Source: a virus
Taxonomy: Duplodnaviria; Heunggongvirae; Uroviricota; Caudoviricetes
Virus record (IMG/VR): IMGVR_UViG_3300032291_003166
DNA: 50,722 nucleotides
Direction: 5' to 3' (one strand)
The notes below the pieces were generated by a model. It saw only the letters and a list, made by a program, of their open reading frames with translations, did no database searches and was not told where the DNA came from. The position numbers and the translations under genes were made by a program. Positions 1 to 9,502 of this stretch are shown here, one piece after another. How positions within the stretch are numbered: the first letter of the stretch is position 1; every line of letters begins with the position of its first letter.

Positions 1-1736
1 AACACTGTACTATTTAATCCATCTAATAAATCTGCATTTGAAGCATAAGAAGCTGTACCTGTTAAATTAGCAGTTACACCAGATGATACATTTAATGAAC
101 CAGTAATACTATAATTACTAGTTAATGATTTTGAATTTATCCAATTAGAACCGTTATAATATAATAAATCACCTGCTGTTCTTGTAGGTATATCTACATC
201 AGCTAAACCTGCTAATGTAGTTGATATTGGAGATGTACCTGATGATCCTACCCCGCCTACTGATCTAAATAATCCTCCTTGGATAATTGTACATTGAGTA
301 GAGTCTAATAAATCTCTATTTGCTCCACCTTCAATAATAATATATCCTACAAAAATAGCATTTGCTGCTGTATTAGGAGCCTCTGTAAATGGTTCAGAAT
401 CTTTTGCGTTTATAGCATCTAATAATGTAGGATATGTAGCATTACCGTAATAAACTAAGAACGCATTTGTTGGTGAATTTGGAATCCAGAATACTCTTTG
501 AATTGACCAGTTACTATTACCTACAGAGGCTAAAGTTCCTGTTGTTGTATTAACATATTGTAAATTATCAATAGTTGTATATCCAGCATTTGCAACACCA
601 GTATCAATTACAGGAGTAGATCCTGAAATATAATAACGATATATTTTACTTGTATTTGCAGCAGTATCAACTACTGTAGAAGGATGATTTGGATTAATAA
701 TGTAGTTAGCACCTCTGTTATATGCAGTACCGCCCGTTTTTTTAATACTTAAAGTAGGTGAACTACCGCTAGGTGATAAAGTATGTCCTGATATTTTTAC
801 AGGTCCGAATGCTCTAATAAAATCATCTGTTTGTTGTGGTTGTCCGTATGATATTTGAGGGGAGTTATATACTCCTGTTACAACACTACCAGATAAATGT
901 AATATAACACCTAATTCAACTTGTGTATCCCATTGATTAATATCTGTACTTCCCCAAGGTACTATTTGCTGAACTAATTGTCCATTGCTGTCAATACCAA
1001 CATAAGTAATTTTAGATGAACCTGAATTTATTAATGAGGCTGTAATATTATTCCAAGATATTCTTGTAGCTGTAGGATATGGGTCAATACTAGATGTTGA
1101 AGCACCCATTGATGCTATAAGAGCACTACCACTAGTAATAGTAAATGAAGTGGAACCCAATGAGGCACTAATTATACCTCCTGATAATAAACCTGTATAT
1201 AGGTTAGATTCAAACCAACGTAAACGGCTTGTATTATTATATCCTTGTCCATTTTGAGAGAAATATAAGTCATTTGTTGATCCAGAAACATAAATATAAG
1301 AACCTGATATTGATGTGTCTATATTTTTACTAACAGGAAGGAATTTAATTACTCCATCTGTTTCCATATCTCCATATATTTTTATTGTTGGAGTTGTTGG
1401 AGTAGTAGTTGATCCTGATATAATTATAGATCCGGATAATGTAGTATTACCAAATAGGCTATTATTTCCTGTTTGAGTTGTAGAACCACTTACTAATAAT
1501 GATCCTGTAATTGTTGTTGAAGAGTTGCTAAAATTGGTTGTACCAAATATAGTAGTAGATCCACTAATACTAACACTACCTGTTAATGAAGTATTTCCTG
1601 TTAGGTTATTATTTCCTGTTTGGGTTGTTGAACCTGATACTAATAATGATCCTGTAATTACTGCTCCGTTTGACGCAGTTATAGAGTTAAGACTGGCATT
1701 AGAACCAGATACAATGACTTTTTTCCAATTTGGCAT
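1..1736 (-). CDS. Tail fibre-like virion protein, partial (runs off the left edge; missing from the ORF track)
   Basis: My translation from ATG at 1736 (MPNWKKVIVSGSNASLNSITASNG...) stays open to base 1 (about 578 aa). It is Ser/Gly/Thr-rich and has an internal duplication ITGSLLVSGSTTQTGNN, an LxxLxDV...GDLLYYNGSNWIN fibre motif and SYASNADLLDGLNST. Confidence 0.8.
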   Translation of the reverse strand, partial: MPNWKKVIVSGSNASLNSITASNGAVITGSLLVSGSTTQTGNNNLTGNTSLTGSVSISGSTTIFGTTNFSNSSTTITGSLLVSGSTTQTGNNSLFGNTTLSGSIIISGSTTTPTTPTIKIYGDMETDGVIKFLPVSKNIDTSISGSYIYVSGSTNDLYFSQNGQGYNNTSRLRWFESNLYTGLLSGGIISASLGSTSFTITSGSALIASMGASTSSIDPYPTATRISWNNITASLINSGSSKITYVGIDSNGQLVQQIVPWGSTDINQWDTQVELGVILHLSGSVVTGVYNSPQISYGQPQQTDDFIRAFGPVKISGHTLSPSGSSPTLSIKKTGGTAYNRGANYIINPNHPSTVVDTAANTSKIYRYYISGSTPVIDTGVANAGYTTIDNLQYVNTTTGTLASVGNSNWSIQRVFWIPNSPTNAFLVYYGNATYPTLLDAINAKDSEPFTEAPNTAANAIFVGYIIIEGGANRDLLDSTQCTIIQGGLFRSVGGVGSSGTSPISTTLAGLADVDIPTRTAGDLLYYNGSNWINSKSLTSNYSITGSLNVSSGVTANLTGTASYASNADLLDGLNSTV

Positions 1737-1751
1737 ACTATATTAAGATTG

Positions 1752-1818
1752 ATATTGTGGTTAGATACATACACTTTATGCCGTGTATATGCCTACTTCC
1801 TTTACAGGCCTACAATAT
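1752..1818 (-). ncRNA. Candidate structured 5' leader RNA (three-way junction) of the fibre gene
   Basis: On the coding strand ATATTGT pairs with ACAATAT and encloses a GCCT/AGGC hairpin (loop GTAAAGGAAGT) and an ATATACAC/GTGTATGT hairpin. It lies between a late-promoter box and the ATG. Confidence 0.4.
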
Positions 1819-1827
1819 GGGTTTGTA

Positions 1828-1835
1828 ATAAATAT
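1828..1835 (-). promoter_or_regulatory. Putative late promoter box ATATTTAT (fibre gene)
   Basis: Same motif found upstream of most structural genes. Confidence 0.55.
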
Positions 1836-1836
1836 A

Positions 1837-2046
1837 TTACTTAGATATTTTAGTGTAATATGTTTGTAGTTTTATAACAAGCTCATATACTTTTTGTACA
1901 TGCTCTCCTTTAAAACTAGCTTCTTTAATCATTAAAAGAAGTGTTTCAGTTTCTTCTTTATTAAGATTTAAAGAAAATAGAGGAGCTTTATCTGGCTCCT
2001 CTACTTTTTTATTATTAATAATAGTATTGTTTGCATTAAAAGCCAT
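1837..2046 (-). CDS. Small hypothetical protein (69 aa), possibly a fibre assembly chaperone
   Basis: Likely start is MAFNANN at 2046; the longer track ORF overlaps the upstream gene. Helical C-terminus; sits between two fibre-like genes. Confidence 0.65.
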   Translation of the reverse strand: MAFNANNTIINNKKVEEPDKAPLFSLNLNKEETETLLLMIKEASFKGEHVQKVYELVIKLQTYYTKISK

Positions 2047-2065
2047 AACTAATTTTTTAAAAATT

Positions 2066-3625
2066 TTATGAATATATGTAAATATCTCCATTTCCGCTAT
2101 CAACATAAATGTTACCAAATCCATTTCCTGAACCACCCCATGTTGGAGCAGAAGCTGGAGCACCAGAAGCTTGTTTAGCAGATACCATATATTCATCAGC
2201 TGATACTGATGATGCTGATGAATGAACACTAGCAGCAATAGCAAAACGACCACCTGTACCTGTTGAAACAGATTCTAAGAAGAATGCTGAACCTGATATA
2301 TTTTGACCTGTACCACCTGATGCTACTATAATACCACCATCTGTTAAACTAGTTGAACCAGAAGCTAATATGATAAATTTATCTGCAACTTCTAAAGTAG
2401 TTTGGTTATAAAAACTAGCTGTACCCGCAACTGTTAAGTTACCTGTAATACTAGCATTACCTCCTACTGTTAATGTTGAACCATCAAATGTTAAATTAGA
2501 TTCACCATTAATTGAACCACCACCTGTAGCAGTTAATATATAATTATTTGTATTGTTTGTGATAGCATTTGAAACACTATTTGCATTTCCCGCTATACTA
2601 GCATATGAAGCTGATAAAGCACTAGTAGCATAAGAAGCTGATACTGCGTTTAGTACATAAGATGCTGTTTGGGCATTTGCTACATAAGACGCTGTAGAAG
2701 CATTTAATGCTTGTGAAGCATATGATGCTGTTCCTGTTAATGGACCTGTAAATCCAGTTGCTGTTACAGAACCAGAAATACCTACTGAACCTGTTATAGT
2801 GTGAACATCAGTAATTAAATTACCGATTTTTGTACCAGTATTTGTAACTTGAAATTCAATAGCACTACCTGTATAGATAGTTAATGAACCACTTATAATT
2901 TGATTATTTGTAAAAGTATTAGCAGAGGCTAATTGAGCAAATGCTGTGCTATTTAATCCATCTAATAAATCAGCATTTGAAGCATAAGATGAACTTAACG
3001 CTTGTGAAGCATATGATGAAGTTACTGTTAATAAGTTTGTTGAAGCGTTATATGAAGCTCCTGAAATATCTGTAGATAATCCTGTTGTACCAGATCCAGC
3101 AGCTAATACTAAATTAAAATCTCCTGATCCTACACTGGTTAATGTAATAGTATCTGAAGTGGCTGCTTTTGAAGCATAAGAAGCACTTACTGCTTGTAAT
3201 ACATAAGATGCTGTATTTGCATTTGTCGCGAATGATGAACTTAATGCTTGTAAAGCATAAGATGAAGTAGCAGGAACATTAGCAGCGTAAGCAGCGGTAA
3301 CAGCATATGAAGCTGATAAAACACTACTAGCTCCATAAGGACCATATACATTTGAGGCAGTTACATATGAAGCAGTAGCGGCAGTAAATGAACCTGTACC
3401 TTGGTAAGAAAATAAACCTGTAGCTGTATCGTATCCAACAATGTTAGGTTGGGTAGTATTAGCTAAAGCTGATTTTAAAGTACCTTCAAATGATCCACTA
3501 AATGAACCACTTAAAAATGTATTACTTACTGATGAAGAAATTTGTTGGTTTGTCCCAACATTTAGTTTGTTAAGTTCTGCGTTACTGCCAGAGACTATAA
3601 TCTTCTTCCATGATGGTGATGCCAT
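2066..3625 (-). CDS. Tail fibre-like virion protein with TASYA/ASYA repeats
   Basis: 519 aa, S/A/T/G-rich, with many (T/S)ASY(A/V) repeats. N-terminus WKKIIVSGSNA is paralogous to the 1..1736 protein. Confidence 0.75.
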   Translation of the reverse strand: MASPSWKKIIVSGSNAELNKLNVGTNQQISSSVSNTFLSGSFSGSFEGTLKSALANTTQPNIVGYDTATGLFSYQGTGSFTAATASYVTASNVYGPYGASSVLSASYAVTAAYAANVPATSSYALQALSSSFATNANTASYVLQAVSASYASKAATSDTITLTSVGSGDFNLVLAAGSGTTGLSTDISGASYNASTNLLTVTSSYASQALSSSYASNADLLDGLNSTAFAQLASANTFTNNQIISGSLTIYTGSAIEFQVTNTGTKIGNLITDVHTITGSVGISGSVTATGFTGPLTGTASYASQALNASTASYVANAQTASYVLNAVSASYATSALSASYASIAGNANSVSNAITNNTNNYILTATGGGSINGESNLTFDGSTLTVGGNASITGNLTVAGTASFYNQTTLEVADKFIILASGSTSLTDGGIIVASGGTGQNISGSAFFLESVSTGTGGRFAIAASVHSSASSVSADEYMVSAKQASGAPASAPTWGGSGNGFGNIYVDSGNGDIYIYS

Positions 3626-3674
3626 ATTTTTTTATTTGTTTTTTAAATGTAAAAATGCTTTTATCTTAGTCTGT

Positions 3675-3682
3675 TATAAATA
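3675..3682 (-). promoter_or_regulatory. Putative late promoter box ATATTTATA
   Basis: About 50 nt upstream of the ATG at 3625. Confidence 0.65.
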
Positions 3683-3707
3683 TGAATAAAAATAAAATAG
3701 ATATAGT

Positions 3708-4352
3708 TTATTTTATTCTAGATTTTAAATCATCTACTTCTGCTTTTAATTCTTTAATTGCTTCAATTAATAGTGGAACTATTTTTTCATATTTAACAGC
3801 TTTATACCCATTATCACGAGTAGTTACTATTTCTGGTAATATTTCTTCAATTTCTTGAGCAATAACTCCTATATCATGACTACCTACTTCATATATATTT
3901 TGTTTATTATTCCAATTAAAGGTATAACCTCCAATTTTAGTTATTTTTTCTAAAGAATTTGGTATTAGAGTGATATTATCTTTAAGTTGTTTGTCTGAAG
4001 TAGAAAATGCTGTTACATCACTTGTAGCAGATATAGAACCAGTTATTATTTGATTACCTATAAAAGTATTTGAACCAGTTGTAGCAAAAGATGATGTAGA
4101 AAAACCTGCTGGAGTGCCATTTACCCATTTAGAACTAGTACTATTATATAGTAAAGATTGTCCATTTAATAAACTAGAAAGAGAAACATCTGATAAAGAT
4201 GCTAAAGAATTTGCTCCACTACTAGTTAAAGGAGATCCATTAATGAATATATTATTAAAATCAGCATTTACAGCTGTTACAGTATTACCAGCATTAACAT
4301 TAGAAAAATTTACTGTTTCAAGTTGAGAAGCTAATTTTATATAACGTGCCAT
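3708..4352 (-). CDS. Short tail fibre/spike protein with C-terminal peptidase S74 (intramolecular chaperone) domain
   Basis: TSDKQLKDNI...GYTFNW...DIGVIAQEIEEILPEIV...AVKYEKIVPLLIEAIKEL is the canonical S74 autochaperone pattern with a terminal coiled coil. Confidence 0.88.
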   Translation of the reverse strand: MARYIKLASQLETVNFSNVNAGNTVTAVNADFNNIFINGSPLTSSGANSLASLSDVSLSSLLNGQSLLYNSTSSKWVNGTPAGFSTSSFATTGSNTFIGNQIITGSISATSDVTAFSTSDKQLKDNITLIPNSLEKITKIGGYTFNWNNKQNIYEVGSHDIGVIAQEIEEILPEIVTTRDNGYKAVKYEKIVPLLIEAIKELKAEVDDLKSRIK

Positions 4353-4627
4353 TATATATTTCTATAAGATAAAAACCATTCATCTGAAGAACTATAAAAT
4401 AAACCACCAGTTACAACTGTTGGGGCAGTAGTTAACATTTTATGTTCTACAACTCCTTCTTGATTAACTTTAAAGATTTGTTCTCCGTTTTGTCTAATTA
4501 TAAAAAAATCAGTACTAGAAGTTGTTGAATTAATTTCAACACGACTTCCACTAAATAAAAATGAACCTCCACTTCCTGTTAGTTCAAATGGTACGGCTAT
4601 TTGATATCCTTGTATTAAACTACTCAT
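4352..4627 (-). CDS. Hypothetical virion-associated protein
   Basis: 91-aa ORF coupled to its neighbours in the tail operon; beta-rich composition. Confidence 0.65.
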   Translation of the reverse strand: MSSLIQGYQIAVPFELTGSGGSFLFSGSRVEINSTTSSTDFFIIRQNGEQIFKVNQEGVVEHKMLTTAPTVVTGGLFYSSSDEWFLSYRNI

Positions 4628-4629
4628 TT

Positions 4630-5868
4630 TTAAGCAAATTTACCGATTACTGAAATTCCATCTATATTAATTAATGGGTAACCTAATGAAGCTACATTAA
4701 TAACTATATCAACATTACTTCCATTTTGTGTAACAGAAGTAATTAAATTATTTGGTATAAATGTTGTATTAATAACAACATTAAATTGAGTTTTATCTGT
4801 TGATGGTAAAGGAGCAGGTGCAGTAGCAATTGTAGCTCCAATTACACTTATTGTATTACCATTTGATACAGATAAATTACCAGCTCCTGATATTGTTACA
4901 ACACTACCTAAATATTGGACTACTTCATTTGATGTATTAGATATAGTAATAGTTTGGTTTGGTGTTGGGAAACTAACAGCATTATTCTTAGCACCTCCTT
5001 TAATTGAAGTTCCTACTGTAAATATTTCAGTATCATCAGTCTCTAAGTTAAAAATAACTTGAGCTTTAGATAAGAATTTCTTAGGATATGATATATCTCT
5101 ATTAACTGTATCCGGTATAATATACCCGTTTAAGGTGATTTCAAAATTAGTTCTAGTTGTTCTATCATCGCCTGCGGAATATTCAGTAGACGTTGAAAAA
5201 GAGCTTATATTGGCTCTAAATTGGAATCTACCTGCCTCACCCCAGTATGTATTTGCGGCATATTGAAATGCTTCTATAATTTTATTGTTTTGTTCCAAAT
5301 GGTTAGTAAAAATAACAGCACTATATTTCATAGTGACATACTCAGGCATTACTACCATTCTATATTCTTTAACAGGATCTCTATTTGATAAAGCTGCAAA
5401 ATTATCGTATTGGTTTTTCTTAGTATATCCAGTCTCAAATGCAAAAAGATTTTGAGGATTATTAGCATCTATTTTAGTACCTAATGTTCTATTTGCTTCC
5501 ATACTATCACGTTTAATAACAATGACAGGAGCAATCATTCTACCTGAATATTCTCTTAAGTATCCTTTTTCTTGTATAGTAGACCATCTTTCTGGAAAGC
5601 CATACATTACTGGTACTTTTATTCTATTACCATCCTGGATGGCAGATGGTTTAATATTATCTTCAATATATTTTATAATAGCTGTATCAATATCTACTAT
5701 ACTAATAGAGATATCTTTTGTTCTATCTCCTTTTGTAGATACGTCATTACCTCTATTATGATATGATACAGCAGGACGACCAGATGTTGGATCAACTGCT
5801 TCGTTTCCTAGCATTTCATCTAATACCTCACGGTTACTTTTAGGTCTTGGTTTTATTGTCTTAGCCAT
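4630..5868 (-). CDS. gp15: Tail sheath stabiliser/tail completion protein (T4 gp15-like) with C-terminal extension
   Basis: IKVPVMYGFPERW motif resembles gp15. It follows the gp13- and gp14-like genes in T4 order. Confidence 0.6.
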   Translation of the reverse strand: MAKTIKPRPKSNREVLDEMLGNEAVDPTSGRPAVSYHNRGNDVSTKGDRTKDISISIVDIDTAIIKYIEDNIKPSAIQDGNRIKVPVMYGFPERWSTIQEKGYLREYSGRMIAPVIVIKRDSMEANRTLGTKIDANNPQNLFAFETGYTKKNQYDNFAALSNRDPVKEYRMVVMPEYVTMKYSAVIFTNHLEQNNKIIEAFQYAANTYWGEAGRFQFRANISSFSTSTEYSAGDDRTTRTNFEITLNGYIIPDTVNRDISYPKKFLSKAQVIFNLETDDTEIFTVGTSIKGGAKNNAVSFPTPNQTITISNTSNEVVQYLGSVVTISGAGNLSVSNGNTISVIGATIATAPAPLPSTDKTQFNVVINTTFIPNNLITSVTQNGSNVDIVINVASLGYPLINIDGISVIGKFA

Positions 5869-6617
5869 TATAATAATTTATATGGTAATAAGTTTAATCT
5901 ACTTGCTCTTGTTTGATTACATTCCATGTTATATGTAACTAATTCAGCTTGAGGACAGTTTGATTGTCCAAATCCAATATTAGCATTAATAGGAATATAA
6001 TCACTCACTATATTATTTATTTCATAGTATCTTTCTGTAGAACGATCTAATATAATATCACCTATTTCAGGAAATAAATTAGCACCTTTTACTAAATACC
6101 CAGGTTGAGTAGTTTCCCAAGCTGTCCTAGGTATTGTTAATCTAATAGATTTAGTTATATCGGGACCAAACATTTCATTTACTATAACATCGGCTTCTCT
6201 TTCAATAGTACATTTAATTAGAAACGGTTCATAATACCATTTTTCTAATGATTCACCATATATATTTTTCTTAGTTTGGTATAAATTTAATTTATAATAA
6301 GCAACATCTGTTTTCATAAATTGAAGAGCAGCTTGTTGCATTTGAGTAAAAATAGCCATTTGACTACAATCCGCAGATGGACTAGGAGTGATGGTTGGAG
6401 CTGGTGTTCTACTAATAGAAGGTGTTATTGTTATACTAGGAGTAACACTAGGTGTTACTGAAGGTGTTCTTGTTATACTAGGAGTAACACTAGGAGTAAT
6501 AGATGGACTTGACCCTACACTAACTGTTACTGATGGAGTTGGTGTTGGAGATGGTGTTCTGGATACACTTGGTGTTCTAGAAGGTGTTAAAGCAGGAAAT
6601 GCTGGTACTCCAGGCAT
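5868..6617 (-). CDS. gp14: Neck/head-closure protein (T4 gp14-like) with N-terminal TPS-repeat extension
   Basis: [20 protein letters not shown]...GDIILD...YYEINN fits a head-closure core, and the synteny agrees. The first ~80 aa are TPSI/TPSV repeats. Confidence 0.6.
   Translation of the reverse strand: MPGVPAFPALTPSRTPSVSRTPSPTPTPSVTVSVGSSPSITPSVTPSITRTPSVTPSVTPSITITPSISRTPAPTITPSPSADCSQMAIFTQMQQAALQFMKTDVAYYKLNLYQTKKNIYGESLEKWYYEPFLIKCTIEREADVIVNEMFGPDITKSIRLTIPRTAWETTQPGYLVKGANLFPEIGDIILDRSTERYYEINNIVSDYIPINANIGFGQSNCPQAELVTYNMECNQTRASRLNLLPYKLL
6376..6590. repeat. TPS (12-nt unit) coding repeat in the gp14-like gene
   Basis: Degenerate acactaggtgtt/atactaggagta units. Confidence 0.8.
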
Positions 6618-6627
6618 AAATTTTATT

Positions 6628-8670
6628 TTATAAAGCGTATATTACTAAAGGTACTTGTCCCATTGTTTGGCGAGTAAATTCAGATTCTTGTTGTTTTTTC
6701 TCTAATTGAGATCTACGTGAAGTTTGTTCTAAATACTCTTTTAATTCAACCATTAATTCTGATTTTTCTGTTCTAGCATCTGTTAATAATTCAGCACCGT
6801 TAACTACTAAACCACCAAAATTAGATCCTTGAAATGTAGCTCTTACTTGACCTTCAATTTCTTTACAAATTGCTAAAGCATATCTAAATACCCATGATCT
6901 ACCTACCTGATTAATGTCAGTGTAAATTGGATTTCTATATGGAACACTCATTACATCTGCTACAACATTTGGTCTATTATCTGAAGTTGTTGGTAAGTAT
7001 TTCTCACTTAATTTCATATATTTGAAAAGTAAATAAGTAGGACCAAATTCTCCTGTAGGTACAGGGAATAATCTTAATTGATTATTTACTAAATCAAATG
7101 AATAAGCTGATTTTCTTACTTGGTCATTAAATTCAATTGCTTGGATCTTTTGAATATCCCAATATACAGGCATTAACATAAAGTTAACACCAGGTGAATA
7201 AGAACCAAATCCAAATGTTTCAAGTAAACCTTGAACACCAGTACCTGTACCAGCATATGGGTCAAAATATCTTACAATTGCTGGTGGTTCTTGATAAAAT
7301 ATTTGTCTTACTTCAATTCTATCTCCTGGTTCTAATGATGCAGAAGCTTCTGCCCAAGCATTTAAATCATAAATTTGTTGACCTGATGTTAAATTAATTG
7401 AACCAGTATATTCAGTTACATATCCACCTACACCTGCTTCTTGAGCATATGATTCAGCTATTCTAATTTGTGTTTGAAGATTATTGTTTATTAATTTACC
7501 ATTTAATCCTCTTCCTTTTAATACATCTTGATAATAAGCAGTATTAATCTTTCCATCAGGAAATAATGTTTGAACAGGATATGTTGTAAAGAAATAAATC
7601 CAAGATTCACCTTTAGTTATATCATATGTTAAATAAGTAGCAGGTTGGGCAAAGGTTACTTTTTGAGCTGCATTAACATTATTTAAATAATTAATTTCAA
7701 AATTAACAGATGGATTAACAGTTAATCCAAATGATGAAGTTAATTCTAATATAGTAGGAGTTGAACCTGTTTTTGCAGAAAATGTTACTCCAAAAATTGA
7801 ATTAACTTGGTTTAATTTATCTGCTATATTTTGAGCTGTTTTATTAGCTGTGCTTCCTGTAGTTATATAAGCTGCTGCAGCTGAATCCTTTGGTGCTTCT
7901 GATGCTGTTATTTTAAATAATAAAGAGTCAGTACCATTACTTGCTGTTATAGAAAATGAACTACTTCCTGGTGTAGAAGTAAATATAGCTAAATCAGTCA
8001 CATCAAATAAAGCATATGAAGATGAATAATGAGTAGTAGCTACTGTCTCACCTGCTATTTTACTAAATTGAGGATAAGTAGTTTGACTAAAATCATAATT
8101 TTCAAATCCTGATGTTGATGGATTTTGGTAATAATAAAAATTCCAATTATTTATTTTATTAATATCTGGAGAAATAAAATCACTTAATGAAGCTGATGAA
8201 ACATAAACTTCATTATTCGCTATCGATGATGATATTGGTAAATCATTTCCTACTTCATTCCAAGTAGCTATACGACCGTTAGACCAGTATATTGGAGAAC
8301 CAATAGATGCATCTTCACTTAAAACAATTTTATCAGCGGTTTCTGTAGAGTTAAAAGGTAATGTTTCTGAACCTTCTAAATTAATATAATTATCTCTAAT
8401 TTTATATTGATAAACCATGTTACCATAAGTGGTAACAGCTTCTTCCATGGCTGCATAAACTGTTAAATCAGTTATATAAGTTGTAGCATTTCCTGTACCT
8501 CCAACACCTAGACGTTGGGCTACAAATGCCGCTGATTTTTGAGCATCTTTAATAAATTCTGAGTCGTTATCGTAGTAACCGAACGGAGTATTATTTTTAA
8601 CACGTTCTAGATTAACACGATTTCCATATCCTCCTCCAAATAATGTATTTGATGATAATTGATTAGCCAT
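6628..8670 (-). CDS. gp13: Neck/head-tail adaptor (T4 gp13-like) with a large internal domain
   Basis: Lies just after MCP/PhoH. N-terminal FVAQRLG and C-terminal [18 protein letters not shown]...GAELL resemble gp13-type adaptors; 680 aa. Confidence 0.6.
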   Translation of the reverse strand: MANQLSSNTLFGGGYGNRVNLERVKNNTPFGYYDNDSEFIKDAQKSAAFVAQRLGVGGTGNATTYITDLTVYAAMEEAVTTYGNMVYQYKIRDNYINLEGSETLPFNSTETADKIVLSEDASIGSPIYWSNGRIATWNEVGNDLPISSSIANNEVYVSSASLSDFISPDINKINNWNFYYYQNPSTSGFENYDFSQTTYPQFSKIAGETVATTHYSSSYALFDVTDLAIFTSTPGSSSFSITASNGTDSLLFKITASEAPKDSAAAAYITTGSTANKTAQNIADKLNQVNSIFGVTFSAKTGSTPTILELTSSFGLTVNPSVNFEINYLNNVNAAQKVTFAQPATYLTYDITKGESWIYFFTTYPVQTLFPDGKINTAYYQDVLKGRGLNGKLINNNLQTQIRIAESYAQEAGVGGYVTEYTGSINLTSGQQIYDLNAWAEASASLEPGDRIEVRQIFYQEPPAIVRYFDPYAGTGTGVQGLLETFGFGSYSPGVNFMLMPVYWDIQKIQAIEFNDQVRKSAYSFDLVNNQLRLFPVPTGEFGPTYLLFKYMKLSEKYLPTTSDNRPNVVADVMSVPYRNPIYTDINQVGRSWVFRYALAICKEIEGQVRATFQGSNFGGLVVNGAELLTDARTEKSELMVELKEYLEQTSRRSQLEKKQQESEFTRQTMGQVPLVIYAL

Positions 8671-8692
8671 GTTTTAATTAGTATTATTCCAG

Positions 8693-8700
8693 TATAAATA
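8693..8700 (-). promoter_or_regulatory. Putative late promoter box ATATTTATA (neck genes)
   Basis: About 22 nt upstream of the ATG at 8670. Confidence 0.65.
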
Positions 8701-8702
8701 TA

Positions 8703-9395
8703 TTAAGAATTTAGCTCTTTATATATAGTTAATATTGGTTCAACTATTTCATGTCTGTGATTTGTTTTTAAATGAACTGACGCGGTACCAGGAATATGTC
8801 CTGCAATTGCTTTATTTAAGAAGTATAATCCTGACATTTTTCTATCTTTTAAATCAGTTTGTTGTACATCACCTACTATTATCATTTTAGAACCAATACA
8901 CAAACGTGTAATAGCTAATTCCATCTGTTTGTCGGTCACGTTTTGAGCTTCATCAATGATTACAAACGCATTTGAAATGTTTCTACCGCGCATAAAAGCA
9001 AATGGTATAATCTCAATCAATCCATCAGCTATGTACTTCTCAATTTTTTCTTTAGAATATAAGCGGTGCATATTTTCATAAATTGGAGCAACAAATGGGT
9101 CCATTTTTTCTTTAATATCACCTGGTAAGAAACCTAATTCTTCACCTGATGTGATTACAGGTCTCGCAATAATAATCTTTTCAATATCTTTATTAAATAG
9201 TTGATCAAGAGCAATTTGACAGGCTAATAATGTTTTACCAGATCCAGCACCACCAGTTAATACAGTAATTGTATTTTCTAGTATTTTTGCTTTTGCTACT
9301 TTTTGCTCTTCATTTAATGAAATTTGAAAATTAATAGGGGTTTTAGGTTTACGCTTTGGTACGTAAACGGCATCAGTGTGTGGTTTAGAACTCAT
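8703..9395 (-). CDS. phoH: PhoH family ATPase
   Basis: GGAGSGKT Walker A, ELGFLPGDIKEK, AFMRGR, IIDEAQN and GDVQQTDL motifs. Confidence 0.95.
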   Translation of the reverse strand: MSSKPHTDAVYVPKRKPKTPINFQISLNEEQKVAKAKILENTITVLTGGAGSGKTLLACQIALDQLFNKDIEKIIIARPVITSGEELGFLPGDIKEKMDPFVAPIYENMHRLYSKEKIEKYIADGLIEIIPFAFMRGRNISNAFVIIDEAQNVTDKQMELAITRLCIGSKMIIVGDVQQTDLKDRKMSGLYFLNKAIAGHIPGTASVHLKTNHRHEIVEPILTIYKELNS

Positions 9396-9414
9396 ATAAC
9401 ATTATTTATTTTAA

Positions 9415-9422
9415 TATAAATA
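9415..9422 (-). promoter_or_regulatory. Putative late promoter box ATATTTATA (phoH)
   Basis: Between the MCP terminator and the phoH start. Confidence 0.65.
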
Positions 9423-9451
9423 TTACATAATAATACTAGAATACAAAGAAA

Positions 9452-9475
9452 AAAGCCGACATTTCTGTCGGCTTT
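9452..9475 (-). terminator. Rho-independent terminator after the major capsid gene
   Basis: AAAGCCGAC/GTCGGCTTT stem followed by a T-run on the minus strand. Confidence 0.85.
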
Positions 9476-9502
9476 CTCTTTAACTCTAAAGTTTAGTTAT
9501 GA

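Noticed and set aside
1752-1818. Hammerhead ribozyme reading of the three-way junction
   Set aside because: The CUGAnGA and GAAA core sequences are not present in the junctions.
2047-2253. Track N-terminal extensions of 1837..2253, 22960..23538 and 31942..32532
   Set aside because: They overlap upstream genes in another frame; downstream ATGs (2046, 23481, 32490) give clean, coupled starts.
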